A stretch of DNA of 49,321 nucleotides. Source: Deltaproteobacteria bacterium. GTDB lineage: Bacteria; Myxococcota; UBA727; VGSZ01. Positions 49,181-49,321 of this stretch are shown here, piece after piece. The position numbers and the translations under genes were made by a program. Each line of letters opens with the position of its first letter. Positions within the stretch are counted from its first letter, which is position 1. Below the pieces are notes generated by a model. That model had not been told where the DNA came from, made no database searches, and saw only the letters and a list, made by a program, of their open reading frames with translations. The stretch spans positions 1-49,321 of the forward strand of contig JANNAY010000132.1 in the NCBI GenBank assembly GCA_031384945.1, read 5' to 3'.

Positions 49181-49321
49181 GTATCCGTCCGGCGAACCGC
49201 GTCGTGACGTCGACGGCGTCTGCGCTTAGCGCCGGCGGATGTCCAAGTCAGCAGAGTGGCGAACTCATCTCGAGAAGTGGAAGGCCAGCGGCCTGAGCGC
49301 CGACGCCTTCGCCGAACAGCA
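49181..49321 (+). mobile_element. Inner end of an IS copy (right flank), cut by the window edge
   Basis: Exact reverse complement of 1-141. Confidence 0.75.
49239..49321 (+). CDS. 5' part (27 codons) of the same IS accessory/transposase gene, facing outward
   Basis: ATG at 49239 opens MSKSAEWRTHLEKWKASGLSADAFAEQ. Confidence 0.5.
   Translation, partial: MSKSAEWRTHLEKWKASGLSADAFAEQ

Overview
High-GC accessory DNA, by eye about 65-70% GC over most of the window. Several hallmarks suggest a myxobacterial (Myxococcota-like) genome: lipoproteins with (Gly-Glu)n linkers after the lipobox Cys, a Myxococcus-type Cys-rich tail, and an MbnP/MbnH pair. The window is bracketed by a perfect 141-bp inverted repeat (1-141 vs 49181-49321). 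Each arm is the inner end of an outward-facing IS copy, and both inner junctions cut ORFs. The interior is a mosaic of compositionally distinct modules. (1) 142-2700: a clearly lower-GC minus-strand operon of sigma-like, unknown, ImmA/IrrE peptidase, DUF3892 and truncated YegP genes. (2) 2713-3669: a tyrosine recombinase. (3) 3677-20404: a large metal-acquisition island. It holds a Zn/Mn-type ABC importer plus an ECF sigma, two paralogous RegB/RegA-type two-component systems, a TonB-dependent receptor with five lipoproteins (EF-hand, two YtkA/FixH-like, one CxxCH), MbnP-MbnH plus a third lipoprotein, and an outer-membrane barrel candidate. (4) 20586-21683: a DUF3494 ice-binding-like protein with a 27-bp coding tandem repeat. 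(5) 22024-27369: orphan genes, an AbiEi/AbiEii pair, an XRE-coiled-coil-TM plus glycine-zipper pair, and an odd head-to-head pair of ORFs where one lacks a start codon. (6) 27382-34378: a Mg/divalent-cation module with two EEP-family lipoproteins, arsR-mgtE, a P-type MgtA-like ATPase, and a duplication scar carrying a second ArsR operator. (7) 34475-42665: a plasmid-like replicon remnant with an HNH-like Zn-finger protein, a large protein with a C-terminal Prim-Pol domain, a Lys-tailed small protein, a repeat-rich 630-bp non-coding region, and two replication-relaxation paralogs. (8) 42723-48591: a lower-GC surface module of two lipoproteins and a 1090-aa FG-GAP protein. (9) 48650-49180: a degenerate duplicated remnant with a (GTC)11 microsatellite. 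No rRNA, tRNA or CRISPR array was seen. All family calls rest on motif recognition by eye, since no searches were possible.
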